Origin: Nitrosopumilaceae archaeon
GTDB taxonomy: Archaea; Thermoproteota; Nitrososphaeria; Nitrososphaerales; Nitrosopumilaceae
Length of the DNA stretch: 64,000 nucleotides
Direction: 5' to 3'
Assembly (NCBI GenBank): GCA_965214835.1
Contig: CBDCCK010000002.1
Location: forward strand, 1,568,001 to 1,632,000
The first letter of the stretch is position 1, and each line of letters starts with the position of its first letter. Position numbers and translations under genes: made by a program. The notes below the pieces were generated by a model that had not been told where the DNA came from, searched no databases, and worked only from the letters and a program-made list of their open reading frames with translations. Positions 42,871 to 53,083 of this stretch are shown piece by piece.

Positions 42871-43083
42871 TCAGGCACGAATCTGCCCGGGAGGGGGCCC
42901 TAAGGCGGCAAAGCTCACGCCTGAACTTCCAGAGCCCGAGCTGCTGCCCAGGATCCCCTTTTTTCTCTTGTATTCCTCCTCGGATATCTCGCCGTTGACG
43001 TATCTTATCTTCAGTGCGTCAATCGGGTTCTGGGAGGATGCCGCAGGCCCAGGACTGTTCTTTGAGGCCTTTGTATTGACCAC
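42871..43083 (-). CDS. SHOCT-domain fragment
   Basis: PIDALKIRYVNGEISEEEY. Confidence 0.55.
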   Translation of the reverse strand: MVNTKASKNSPGPAASSQNPIDALKIRYVNGEISEEEYKRKKGILGSSSGSGSSGVSFAALGPPPGQIRA

Positions 43084-43196
43084 GCCATGCCTGAACGCAC
43101 AAAAGCAGCTAATCCTACGTGCCTAAAACCAGGGTTGTGCAACAGGCTATGCTTACCCAACAAGTTATAGGCAAGCCTGCCCAATTCTAGTAACCC

Positions 43197-43631
43197 TTGA
43201 ACATCAATGAGGCAAACAGGATTTTTCGAAAATCTATCATCAGGGGATTCTTTGAGCCCCAGCTGATGAACCTGGACTTTAGAAAATCCAGCGTAAAGCA
43301 TCCGGACATCAAGGATGATGGCCTGATGCAAAGCGACCTGCTGCACGTCTTTTTTGACATCGAGACCGGCTCTGACTATCCTGACGGCGATGAGTGGTTC
43401 ATTGTAGAGATGCTGTTTCCCCACGATCTAAAGATCCCAGATAACCTCAAGGGGCCAGACTACTTTACAACCGTTTCCGTGGGGGATGGAAGGAACTTTT
43501 GGCATCACAGGGAGCTGATTCGCTACAAGTACGGCAAGTCCAAAAAGCTGTCAGAGTCCCTTGAGTTCCTAGAGGCCAAGTACAAGGAGTTTCATTCCAT
43601 GCTGGAGCCCTTGGAAAAGGATCTCACGTAG
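43197..43631 (+). CDS. Hypothetical protein
   Basis: 144 aa ORF with core-like codon style. Confidence 0.75.
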   Translation: MNINEANRIFRKSIIRGFFEPQLMNLDFRKSSVKHPDIKDDGLMQSDLLHVFFDIETGSDYPDGDEWFIVEMLFPHDLKIPDNLKGPDYFTTVSVGDGRNFWHHRELIRYKYGKSKKLSESLEFLEAKYKEFHSMLEPLEKDLT

Positions 43632-44163
43632 AGGGCCCTATCCACCGGTTGTTCTTGAACAGATATTCGACATCTAGCGCATTGGCCGAAAAAATCCTCC
43701 ACCTGACTGACTCTGAATCGAACCTGTAGGTGACCTGGTTTACCTTTTCAGGAAGCCTTTCTGGAACTAGCTGGTACGGGATCAGCTCCAAAACAAAGTC
43801 CATTTTCTCTATGGCGTTTCCAAACCACTGCTTCTCACCAACGTCTACGATGAACCTGATTGACGGCATTCCCTTGAAGATTATCTCAATCTTTAACGCA
43901 TTCCCGGAGCCCCTGCGCCGCTTCATCTCCTTGAATAATGCCTTGACCTTCTCCCACCGCCTGAACTCAAACCACCTGAAAAACTCCTCACTGAACCGAA
44001 CCGGAATTACTATCTTGAGATAGCTTACAAAATCGTCGTCGTCTGGCTCGATCTCCTCCTGTGTGACCCTGAACTTTGAGTTAAAGTATCCGTATGCGAC
44101 CTCCGACTCCCAGGGGGAGACCCCGTAATATGTGCAGTTTACCTCAAGGGGCTGCTCACTCAT
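43624..44163 (-). CDS. Hypothetical protein
   Basis: 179 aa ORF with TATA-like box upstream. Confidence 0.75.
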   Translation of the reverse strand: MSEQPLEVNCTYYGVSPWESEVAYGYFNSKFRVTQEEIEPDDDDFVSYLKIVIPVRFSEEFFRWFEFRRWEKVKALFKEMKRRRGSGNALKIEIIFKGMPSIRFIVDVGEKQWFGNAIEKMDFVLELIPYQLVPERLPEKVNQVTYRFDSESVRWRIFSANALDVEYLFKNNRWIGPST

Positions 44164-44376
44164 TGATTTGATGGGCTGAAATTTCTAATTAAAGGTTCCA
44201 ACATTGCCATGTCGTATCTGAAAATTACTTTGCTTTTTAAGTGGCATCGTACCGTTCTCTTGACTGTTCGTCAACAACCGTGGTTCCCTTTGGGGGCATC
44301 TTGCGCCTGAAGGCCCGCGCGGGGGTCTCTAGTGTGTCCCAGTCAAGGGATCTGTGCGGCTTGACGTGGCTCCACC

Positions 44377-45649
44377 GGGGTTGTTTCCTAATTCGGCAGT
44401 CCAGTATAATTTTCTAAATTCTCCCCCACATTGATCAGAACGGGTGCAGGTTCTCTAACGAGCAAACACAAAAGGCGCAAGGAGTACGACAAGTACTACC
44501 ATGCTGCTCACACCCAAGAACCGGGATTTCTCCCACCCAACATGGTTTCTTTGATCTTGGGGAACCCATATCCCGTCAAGAAGGCCAGTTCAGAACCCGG
44601 ACGACCGATAGTCCACAGCCGTGACAGGCCTGCATGCCTGTGCATTTTGATGGTGTGTCTGAGCCTGACGTACCGTGACACGCAGTACCTTGCACAATAT
44701 CTAAAGCTGCCCCGCTGGAACGACGAACCGGTGCCAGACCACGTCACTCTGCAAGCTCATGCCAAAGATTCCCCACAAGTGGCTTGAGGAGGAGGTATCT
44801 GAGACTGCACGCAGATGCCTTGCAGGGTTTGACACGTCTGCACTCAAGCTTGCAGCCGACAGCACCGGTGTCGTTACTGACAGATACGACAAAAAGAAGA
44901 GGGAAAGGGATCTCATGCCAAAGAAGGCGGGCAAAAAGGCCGAAATTACGCACGAATCGGGCGCAAAAAAGGCCAAAAGAAAGAGAAAGGCCAAGCCCTA
45001 CAAGGAATGTCCAAGGTGGCACGTGGCATGCGTGCCGGACCTGCAGGTAATCCTGGCATGCAGGATTACCCCTGACAGGATGGCAGACATCGCCGTTTTA
45101 AGATCACTCTTGCAGAAGATTGGCAGGATCGGACTCGGGTTCTCCGGCTGCATCTTTAATGCAGACAGGTGATACGACTCGGACGAGAACGCAAGGCTCA
45201 TCAAGGAATACGGAATGAAGCCAAACATCAAGCTGAGAGCCAATGCCGTCCGCACCAAAATGAAGCACGGAAGGGAGGCCGCCAAGACGTTTGACCATAC
45301 ATCATACAGGACGCGCGGGATGATGGAGGGAATCCTTGGCGCAGAGGAGACAGAGAACCACAGGCTGATGTGCCGGTTCAGAAAGGCATCAACCCGCAGA
45401 AGGTTCGGCCTGTGCAAGGCCATAGGATGGAACCTCGAGGCGCCAAACAGGTTCGAATGCGCCGCAAGTCTCGGGACACCGGTGGAGACAGCATGAGTGA
45501 ATCATGAAACAAACCCCATTTCATTTGGCTGCAGCATAGGTTACAATGCTAGACCTTGTGCGCATTTGCCAAAAATGACGTAAAAGCTGCCTGATTTTTT
45601 TGATCTGTGCAGATTACAAAGTCTAAGGATTAAATTGGAAAAACTGTCC
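44377..45649 (+). mobile_element. Degenerate IS5-like element with fragmented transposase
   Basis: Left end GGGGTTGTTTCCTAATTC, the same as MITE family D; AADSTG, NADR*YDS and YRTRGMME motifs; right end approximate. Confidence 0.75.
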
Positions 45650-45660
45650 AGTACAGCCAG

Positions 45661-46143
45661 ATGCTTTTTTCCACAATCATCGGGGATCTCCAGTCAAGCC
45701 TCAGGTCTGATCTGGCGCAGATCAGGTTCCTTCTGAAAAAGAACCCGGCACTGGGATACACCAGGATCACCGAGATAGGGCACAGGGTCGGGGAAAAGTA
45801 CGGCATCAGGCTAGTCGTAAACTTTCCGCACGAGGGAAAAATCGAAGAGTACGGGATGTATGGCAAGAGGGACCTGAGCCTGATCATCGACCAGAAAAAA
45901 ACAAGGTTTCCAGTTGACAGGGAGGAAATCAAGAAAAAGGCTGCAGGGCTGATACGGGATGTAAGGACGGAGGATGCGTACATGTACGAGGGCAAGGAGG
46001 GCGTCAGGCTGCTGTTCAAAGACGGCAGGATAGATGTCCTGCCCCACTCGGTCCACATCTGGTGCGAGTTTACAGAGGACGTGACGCAGTTCTGTGACTG
46101 GCTGCTAGAGACGGTATACCTGCTGGGGCCAAACGGTGCCTAG
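45661..46143 (+). CDS. Hypothetical protein
   Basis: 160 aa ORF. Confidence 0.75.
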   Translation: MLFSTIIGDLQSSLRSDLAQIRFLLKKNPALGYTRITEIGHRVGEKYGIRLVVNFPHEGKIEEYGMYGKRDLSLIIDQKKTRFPVDREEIKKKAAGLIRDVRTEDAYMYEGKEGVRLLFKDGRIDVLPHSVHIWCEFTEDVTQFCDWLLETVYLLGPNGA

Positions 46144-46496
46144 CCGTCCTCCAGGGCATCGATGATTTTTTGTGCCTCCTCATGCCCCGGCTCCAGTTTT
46201 AGAATCCTCCTGCAGCATTCTAGCGCGACATCATGCTCCTTGAGGTGCACGTGGACGTTTGCCTTGAGGTGCAGCGCCCCTACGTCATCGGGCTGGATCT
46301 CCAGCGAGCGGTCAAAATACCGCAGTGCCCTTTGCGCATCCTCCACGATATAGTATATGGTACCCATGATAAAGTGATAGTCGGCATCGTCTGAAAACTT
46401 TGATGCCAGGCCGTTTCCAAATGCTATTGCATCCTCGTACTCGCCCTGCTGGATAAGCTTGCGCAGCTTTCTTTTTGGGAATCTAAACAGTGCCAT
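46140..46496 (-). CDS. TPR-repeat protein
   Basis: A..YFDRSLEIQP and A..CC..IL.LEP TPR patterns. Confidence 0.85.
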   Translation of the reverse strand: MALFRFPKRKLRKLIQQGEYEDAIAFGNGLASKFSDDADYHFIMGTIYYIVEDAQRALRYFDRSLEIQPDDVGALHLKANVHVHLKEHDVALECCRRILKLEPGHEEAQKIIDALEDG

Positions 46497-46512
46497 GCCT
46501 AACCAAGGTACA

Positions 46513-48024
46513 TCAGGATGATACGGCGATGACTCCGTTTTCAATCAGCCACGTAATTCCATTCACAAAGGCATTGTCGTCAATGAGTCCAAGATGCCAG
46601 GCCTCTGCGCTATCCTTTACCCAGCTTGGAACGGAGCTTGCGGCATTTCCTGCCGCCTCGGTCGGCGGGATTACAATGACGTCGTTGTTAATCAGCCACT
46701 CGATTCCCCGCAAAAATGTAGAGTCATCAGTTAGCCCCATGGACCAGGCCTTTGCACTGTCCTTTATCCAGCTTGGAAGATTGGTTTTGGCATCTGCAGG
46801 CGGAACTATATTCTCGGCACCTTCAGGCGGAACTACAATGCTAAACTGATCGTTTTGTTGAACGGTGATTGGTACCAGCAGATAGTCACGCGTGGCGAGA
46901 TCCGGTACGACGTACTCAGGAGCCAGGCCGTACACCATTATCAGGTAGTTATTCTCGCCGGCAGGCTCTTTTGCAACCATGGTTCTCTCGGCCAGTCCTG
47001 AGGGGGAATACAGGAATTTTCTTGCATCCTCATCGGCCAGGCTTCGGAGTGGCGGGAGCGTGATGTCCTCATCAACTACCATTATGTCATACTGAACCCG
47101 GTTCAGAAATTCAGCCTCGTTATAGATGTTCTTGAATTTTATCCGCCAATCTATATCACAGCCCTGTTTTGGCTGCTCGGGCTTGTACAATACCTCCAAG
47201 CCGTAAATGCCAAATTTCTCAGTGGATTTCTTGAGAGTGGCAAACTTTAGCTGGTCAAGATCCGGGCATCCTAACGATTGCTGGATGTATTTGCCGCCCT
47301 GTATGTCGACAAATGGATCCTCTTGTACGTTCTCCTTGTAGTCAAGCAAGACAAAGGCATACTCCTGAGGAGGTATGCCGGTATTAACATGGGTAAATGT
47401 ACTTGCCTTTACCGGAAACGGGAACTCGTCTACAACCCAAACGTGGCTGTGCGCGCCGCCGGTCTTCCATCCGACACGTACGGTGTCAAAGGTTCCGGCA
47501 GGAACCGTTACAGATTCGGCTGCCTGTGGGATTATTTGCTCGCCGCCGATGTTTCCAATCTTGCCCCATGACGGCAGGCTGAACGCTTTTGGCCCCTCGC
47601 CGCCCTCGCCGCCATACGATGTCGCAAATGCAGACAGCCAGGATACAGAGGACTTGATTGCGCTGCGGTAGGTTTTCAGATCATCAGATCCTCCGGTTGG
47701 CTCTACTGTGACCTTGCCAAACTCAAACTCCCCCTTGTGGACTTTGCCGCTGTCATAAACGACTGCCTGTGCCAGCCATTTTGTCTCAGAGCCCGCCTGC
47801 CGGTCGCCCTGAATCCAAAAATCGACCTCAAAGAAGGTACACTCCTTATAGTCAACATGGCAGAGGCGGTATGAGAAATAATCCCCCTGCTTGAGTCCCT
47901 CACCCAGCCACCACTCTCCGGGAACCTGGACTCCGCCGCCAATCTGCTGTGCATGTGCCACCGACATTGTTGAGAATAAGAAAACTGTTACCCCCAGTAC
48001 CAAGACAGAAACGACGGACTTCAA
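46513..48024 (-). CDS. Secreted protein with two C-terminal PSW.K..A.AW..G domains
   Basis: Signal peptide; VTVPAGTFDT; LPSWIKDSAKAW and VPSWVKDSAEAW. Confidence 0.8.
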   Translation of the reverse strand: MKSVVSVLVLGVTVFLFSTMSVAHAQQIGGGVQVPGEWWLGEGLKQGDYFSYRLCHVDYKECTFFEVDFWIQGDRQAGSETKWLAQAVVYDSGKVHKGEFEFGKVTVEPTGGSDDLKTYRSAIKSSVSWLSAFATSYGGEGGEGPKAFSLPSWGKIGNIGGEQIIPQAAESVTVPAGTFDTVRVGWKTGGAHSHVWVVDEFPFPVKASTFTHVNTGIPPQEYAFVLLDYKENVQEDPFVDIQGGKYIQQSLGCPDLDQLKFATLKKSTEKFGIYGLEVLYKPEQPKQGCDIDWRIKFKNIYNEAEFLNRVQYDIMVVDEDITLPPLRSLADEDARKFLYSPSGLAERTMVAKEPAGENNYLIMVYGLAPEYVVPDLATRDYLLVPITVQQNDQFSIVVPPEGAENIVPPADAKTNLPSWIKDSAKAWSMGLTDDSTFLRGIEWLINNDVIVIPPTEAAGNAASSVPSWVKDSAEAWHLGLIDDNAFVNGITWLIENGVIAVSS

Positions 48025-48112
48025 GTGTTGCTTTTTAGGAAAAATCCCTAGTTAAATCTTGTTCATGTTTTGCATATATAGGCAAATATAGAGGCGTGAT
48101 GAGAGCCTAGGC

Positions 48113-48283
48113 ATGTGTGACTGCCCCAAGGTTCACCTGTACGAGGTTGAGTACAAGCTAGAGGGCATGATCGTGGTTCCCACCCACAAAAACTGCGGCC
48201 ACGAGCTAAACGGGGGGCAGGCAGAAAAACTGCAAAAGGATCTAGTCAAGCTGTGGGGGTTTGAGGAAGACGAGGATGAATAA
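48113..48283 (+). CDS. 56-aa microprotein with CxC...HxxC (not in ORF track)
   Basis: MCDCPKVHLYEVEYKLEGMIVVPTHKNCGHELNGGQAEKLQKDLVKLWGFEEDEDE. Confidence 0.7.
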   Translation: MCDCPKVHLYEVEYKLEGMIVVPTHKNCGHELNGGQAEKLQKDLVKLWGFEEDEDE

Positions 48284-48307
48284 AAAAGAGGGAAAAAAAG
48301 TCGCGGT

Positions 48308-48442
48308 TTAATGCTCTGCGTTCTTGCAAAGATCGGCCTTGCAATCACAAGTAGCATCACAATAGCACTCGCTTTGCATAGAACAGTCACATTCGGTGCC
48401 GTTTTCGGCCTGTGCTGCACATCCACATGCTGCGTCTGACAT
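48308..48442 (-). CDS. 44-aa metallothionein-like microprotein (not in ORF track)
   Basis: MSDAACGCAAQAENGTECDCSMQSECYCDATCDCKADLCKNAEH; 9 Cys with four CxC; TTTTAAAA box upstream. Confidence 0.7.
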   Translation of the reverse strand: MSDAACGCAAQAENGTECDCSMQSECYCDATCDCKADLCKNAEH

Positions 48443-48706
48443 GATTGGTATAATACACACTTGTTTTAAAAGGTTGATACGGGGGGTTCTGTGTAATCTT
48501 CGAGACCTGAGACAGATCTTCTTTGGGTTGAACTAAGCGTTGGCAGATCCGTATGTACTGTCACAGAGTGGTTTGCACCGTTCCACCCCGTTTCCTCTGT
48601 TTCTGTGCCTTCATGCTGTCCACGATGTCCGGAATGTTTGGCTTTGACCCGCTAAAATAATCCTCGATTGTATAGATCTGAACCCTCTGATACTTTTCTC
48701 CCAAAG

Positions 48707-48827
48707 CAGTCTTCCCAGAAGTACGTGATTCATGACTGTGCAGATGGCGGCGGGCGAATCCGTAGGCATCATAATTTGATTTGTTTCAAATCTAGGGCCG
48801 TTTTCTGGGTTACTTCTGGGAAGACTG
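48707..48827. mobile_element. 121-bp MITE (family E)
   Basis: TIR CAGTCTTCCCAGAAGTA; 5-bp TSD CAAAG. Confidence 0.9.
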
Positions 48828-49711
48828 CAAAGGAGTAGTGTATATGCCGCCCTTGACGGCGGCCTCCAACATCTTCTTTGTCGGCTTTTTCATGCAGATG
48901 AATATACCAAATGCCGCGTTTTCACTTTGTACCGTTCCAACCAAGTCCCTGACCATCGCGGGATTTATCTGGTTACCACCCTTGACTGATGCGACTATCT
49001 TCTCGTACTTCGGTTTGTTGTTCCCGTCCAGACCTACCATGATTTGCCTCCTGTCATCAATTCCCCTGTCACCTACCTGCTTTTCGTTGGAGTGAAGCTT
49101 TTGTATGAGGCTTATTGCCCAGAGCTCGAACTGGAACTTGTTTGTGTCTGCCAATTTTTGTGCAGCTTCCAAAGACTGCGGAATGCCGACTATTTTCGGT
49201 TTTGTCCCGAATGAGTCATACAGTCTTTTTTCAATCAGGCTTACGGCCAGATGCGTAATGTCTATTCCAATCCAGCTACGTCCTAGTTTTTCAGAAGCTA
49301 TTACTGACGTGCCGCAACCACAAAACGGGTCGAGGACGACATCTCCCTTTTTTGAGCTTGCACTGATTATCCTTTCAAGTAGTGCAAGCGGCTTCTGGGT
49401 AGGATATCCCAACAATTCATTTCTGTATCTCTCTGTAGCCCAGATGTCAACCCACCAATCCTCCAATAATTTTCCCTTGGATTCCATCTTGGTCTTTTTT
49501 TCTTGGCTTCCAGACCCCGATGACCCAAAAACTTGGCCTGTGTTGTGCACCCCACTCTTATGCGGTATTCTTGGAGGTTCGAAATTATATGTTGCGGATT
49601 TGGTGTAAAACAAAATTATGTCGTGTTTTTTGGAATATGTGTTTGGTGATTTTCTAGGCCCTGTATAACACCATACTATCTCATTCCTAAAATTGCGTAC
49701 ATCGAATATTG

Positions 49712-51915
49712 GTACAACTTCAGGTCCTATTTAAAGCGCCCAGGGAACTTTTTGTCCGGAACTTTTTGATCCTTCCGCATCCGTTGTGACAGACCCGTTG
49801 CATCACCACACATCCTTTGTACATGCCAGAACCGGCGCCGTGCAGGCAACACATTGACAGACGGCACCTGCAGGCAATCAGAAACTGTTGCATTCGGTGC
49901 CGTTGACTGGCAGATTCAGCCGGATCCTTCGATATGAGGCTACGGGTTACGCCGTCCCGTAGGCGCCAGACGGATCAAAGTGCCATCGGGGCTACGGGTA
50001 CGACGGCCGTCTGGTTCCAGCGTACCGCCCCCTTGCCTGCACCTGCTGCAGGCGGCCACACCGGCGGCGGCCCGGGACACTCAAAGACACTGTATCTTGT
50101 ACCGTCCGTATTGACAAGCGAGGACAGCAGGTGCGCGTCATCCTTGGCCCCTGCAAAGATATCCCAGCCCGGATCCCGCAGGTATTTCAAGAGTCCACCG
50201 GCAGGATGTATGTTTTGCTTGCGGCATGTCATCGAGAACGTCAGCAGCGCAGAAGCCGTCTTTCTTTCCCCGTCAGTTACGATCTTGTGGCGCGCATTGC
50301 GCTGTGGTATGATCCCGTCGCGTATGCATCGCTCCGTATCGTTGTTGTGCGGCGGCATTCCCGGACGCGCTAGAAACGTAAACATGTTGGGTATGGCGTT
50401 TAGCAGGTGTGTACGCACGTGATCGTCCTCATACGGGCTGATTATTTTGTATGCCTCCCTTGAAAGCTCCATGTATGTAAGCGACGCAAGCGTCTTGATC
50501 TTTTTTACCTCCCTGTAAAATTCCAGCAGCAAGTCATACCTTTTCCCATCATCGCCTTTGGGCATCTTTACTGCAAGCTTTTCTGCATACGCCAGAAGGT
50601 GCCTCCAGCACCTCTGGATTATCTCAAAGAACAGCTTGTACTGGGCCAGCCCGTCGACGACTATGGGAACCCTGGGATCCAGCCATCCAAAGTGCGTGTG
50701 CAGTACCTCAGAGGACCGGGAATCTGCAAAGACCACAAAGCACGCCCCCGCACAGTTGAGCACCCAGACGTACCCCGTGTGTCCGTCGCCGCGCTTAAAG
50801 CCGGTCTCGTCCATCTGTATCCACGGCCTGCCCGCAATGAATGTCTGTATGCATTGTATCATGTTTTGCCGGAGTGCCTCTGCCACTGCGTGCCGGGCGG
50901 CAGTCACGGTATTTGGGGCCATCTTGAATCCAAACATATACTGAAAGTACTCTGCAATGTCCTCGTCTATGTTTCCCTTCTCAAAGAACATCATGATTAG
51001 AGAGAGTGAGACGGGCCCAAGTGACGTGCCGCCTAGAAACGGGGTAGCTGCGACATGCACGGTATTGCACTGTGGACACACCGCGTTTTGGATGACGGCA
51101 TTGGCAGTAATCATGCGCATGGAGTCATCCAGATCGTTGACAAGCTTGTGGATCGGCTTGAGCATCCGTAACTGGATGTTGCACTTTGGGCATATTTTGA
51201 AATCAAGATCGTACCTTAATGTCATGGATGGCCGGTTGCCGTGCGATGTACCATGGTGTCCGCACGGAGGGCCGCGTTTCTTGCCCCTGGCCGCATCGCC
51301 GGGACTGCCGCCGGGATCCTCGCCCCTTTTCTCCCTGAACTTTTTTCTGGCATCATTGTATAATGACGGCGTGGACGTGGGCATGTTGGGACTCTCGTAC
51401 AGGGCAAGCCTTGCCTGAAGCTCAGCATTCTCCTTCTTGACATCCACATTCTCCTTCTTGACAATAGAGAGTTCTTTTTCCAGCCCGGAGATCTTCTCAT
51501 CTTGCTCCATGATCATGACAAGTGCCTTTCTAGGATCCGTACAGCGTGCAAGCACGGCTTTGGAGTCCATATGTTACATCAGACAGGCAAGATCAAAAAA
51601 GATTTCCATCGAAATTCTTTGACCAAGATGCCGATATTATGTCACTCCCGTAAACTCCAAACCTGCAATGTCTGATCACAAATGTCTGATGTTCAGCCAT
51701 GTTCGCAGGGGCATCTGATCATAAGATGGGGGTTGTCGCCTAATTCCACTTGTTTGACCCAATCTGCACGTTTTTCTGAATTTCCGCCCTTTTGCACGCC
51801 TGATCATATGGCATCTCAACGGTTTTCGGGGATTCTAGCGAATTAGGCGACAACCCCCATAAGATGCTGCCCAAAAATGTTTGACTGTCAGTATAAAAAG
51901 GACCTGAAGTTGTAC
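49712..51915 (-). mobile_element. IS66-family element copy 2, intact 531-aa transposase (49975-51570)
   Basis: TIR GTACAACTTCAGGTCC; 8-bp TSD GAATATTG; MDETG, QRCWRHL, NNDTERCIR. Confidence 0.95.
51729..51857. mobile_element. 129-bp MITE (family D) nested in IS66 copy 2
   Basis: TIR GGGGTTGTCGCCTAATTC; 9-bp TSD CATAAGATG; absent from IS66 copy 1. Confidence 0.93.
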
Positions 51916-52380
51916 GAATATTGAATCCAATATGATCTTGAGATAATGACTCGCCGTTGGGTCACAGTGCAGGTATAGGCTTCCCGATTCTTTTAGTACC
52001 CTGTGCAGTTCCAGCAGTCTCACTGCCATCATGACAAGATACGCCATCAGGTCGCTTGTTCCTACCACATCCCTCAAACCACTTATGATGCCCCCTATTC
52101 TGGTATCCATCAGTTGCGCATACACAATCTCGGACTCGCCCGTCCACGTCCATGTGTCCTCAAACGCCTGTATTTGTGCAGGTGCATCACCATTACCACC
52201 TCCCTTACTCTTAAAGATCACGTTATAGTTTGCCTTCGAGTTAAACGGTGGATCCAAGTATACTAGGTCAACCGATTCGTCTTTGATGTGCTTTCTCAGT
52301 ATGTCAAGGTTGTCGCCGTAATACAGGGTATTGTTTTTTTGGACCCCCCCATTAGGGGAGATTCGCCGTTGGAGTTCATC

Positions 52381-52563
52381 TCAGCGTACTCTCACTTTGT
52401 TCCAGTATGGCGACTTGCATCTTTTACTGTTGCAGTTCTTTGGAGATTCGTTTCTGCTGTACCATATTTCCCCACACCTGTTGCATTCGTGACGCCAATA
52501 CGCGCCGTCTGCCTTCATACTCATGCACCATCTAGACCAGGCGGTCATATAACTGATTCCCAT
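52381..52563 (-). CDS. Small zinc-ribbon protein (start uncertain)
   Basis: CNRCGEIW...PKNC...CKSPYWN; stop lies 1 bp before the MTase ATG. Confidence 0.75.
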   Translation of the reverse strand: MGISYMTAWSRWCMSMKADGAYWRHECNRCGEIWYSRNESPKNCNSKRCKSPYWNKVRVR

Positions 52564-52607
52564 ATATACCCAAAAGGTATAGTATATATGTGGGTTTTAC
52601 CCACATA
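52559..52607. promoter_or_regulatory. Operator-like overlapping inverted repeats
   Basis: CATATATAC/GTATATATG and TATGTGGGT/ACCCACATA. Confidence 0.45.
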
Positions 52608-52750
52608 ACAACATGAATCAAAAAGAAACGAGGGCGATGATGAACCGCGTGCAACGTGACCATTCCGGCGATGGAATGATCTCTAGCTCGTCTGAGCCCT
52701 CATCTTTTGATTCTCATTGTTATATTTTAATTTTCAAGGTGGGTTGGGCA

Positions 52751-52967
52751 GTAAGAGTTTACCCCTCAGGCCAGCCAAGTGAAATGTAAACGGGATTGTT
52801 ATTTTTGTCCTGTCACTGGGCCTATTTGAGGCGCCGTGTTTCTTTCCCAGCTTTTGTTTTTGCTCGATTTTTCAGAACATTTCACCTAGCTGCAGGCTGC
52901 ACTGTTAGTCGGAGTCTTCATGATCACGTCTGCAACGTCGTATCTCGGGGGAGGGGTAAACTCTTAC
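52751..52967. mobile_element. 217-bp MITE-like element with family C ends
   Basis: Perfect 17-bp TIR GTAAGAGTTTACCCCTC; no TSD seen. Confidence 0.75.
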
Positions 52968-53083
52968 CAAAAATTGATCTGTAGATTTTTAAGATCAATT
53001 GATCGCGTTTGTTTGTAAAGAAATTGACTGAACCATTGTATGAGTGTGGAAGTGTGCTTACGCCAAAAGGATGTGGGTAAATC

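Larger units (their letters stand above)
48561..52379 (-). pseudogene. N6/N4 DNA methyltransferase fused to a restriction-endonuclease-like domain, disrupted at three sites
   Basis: YYGDNL, DPPF, FRNEIVW, YPTQKP, DPFCGCGT, DRGID, SVKGG, QIYTIED; reads through after removing IS66, the MITE and a homopolymer frameshift. Confidence 0.88.
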
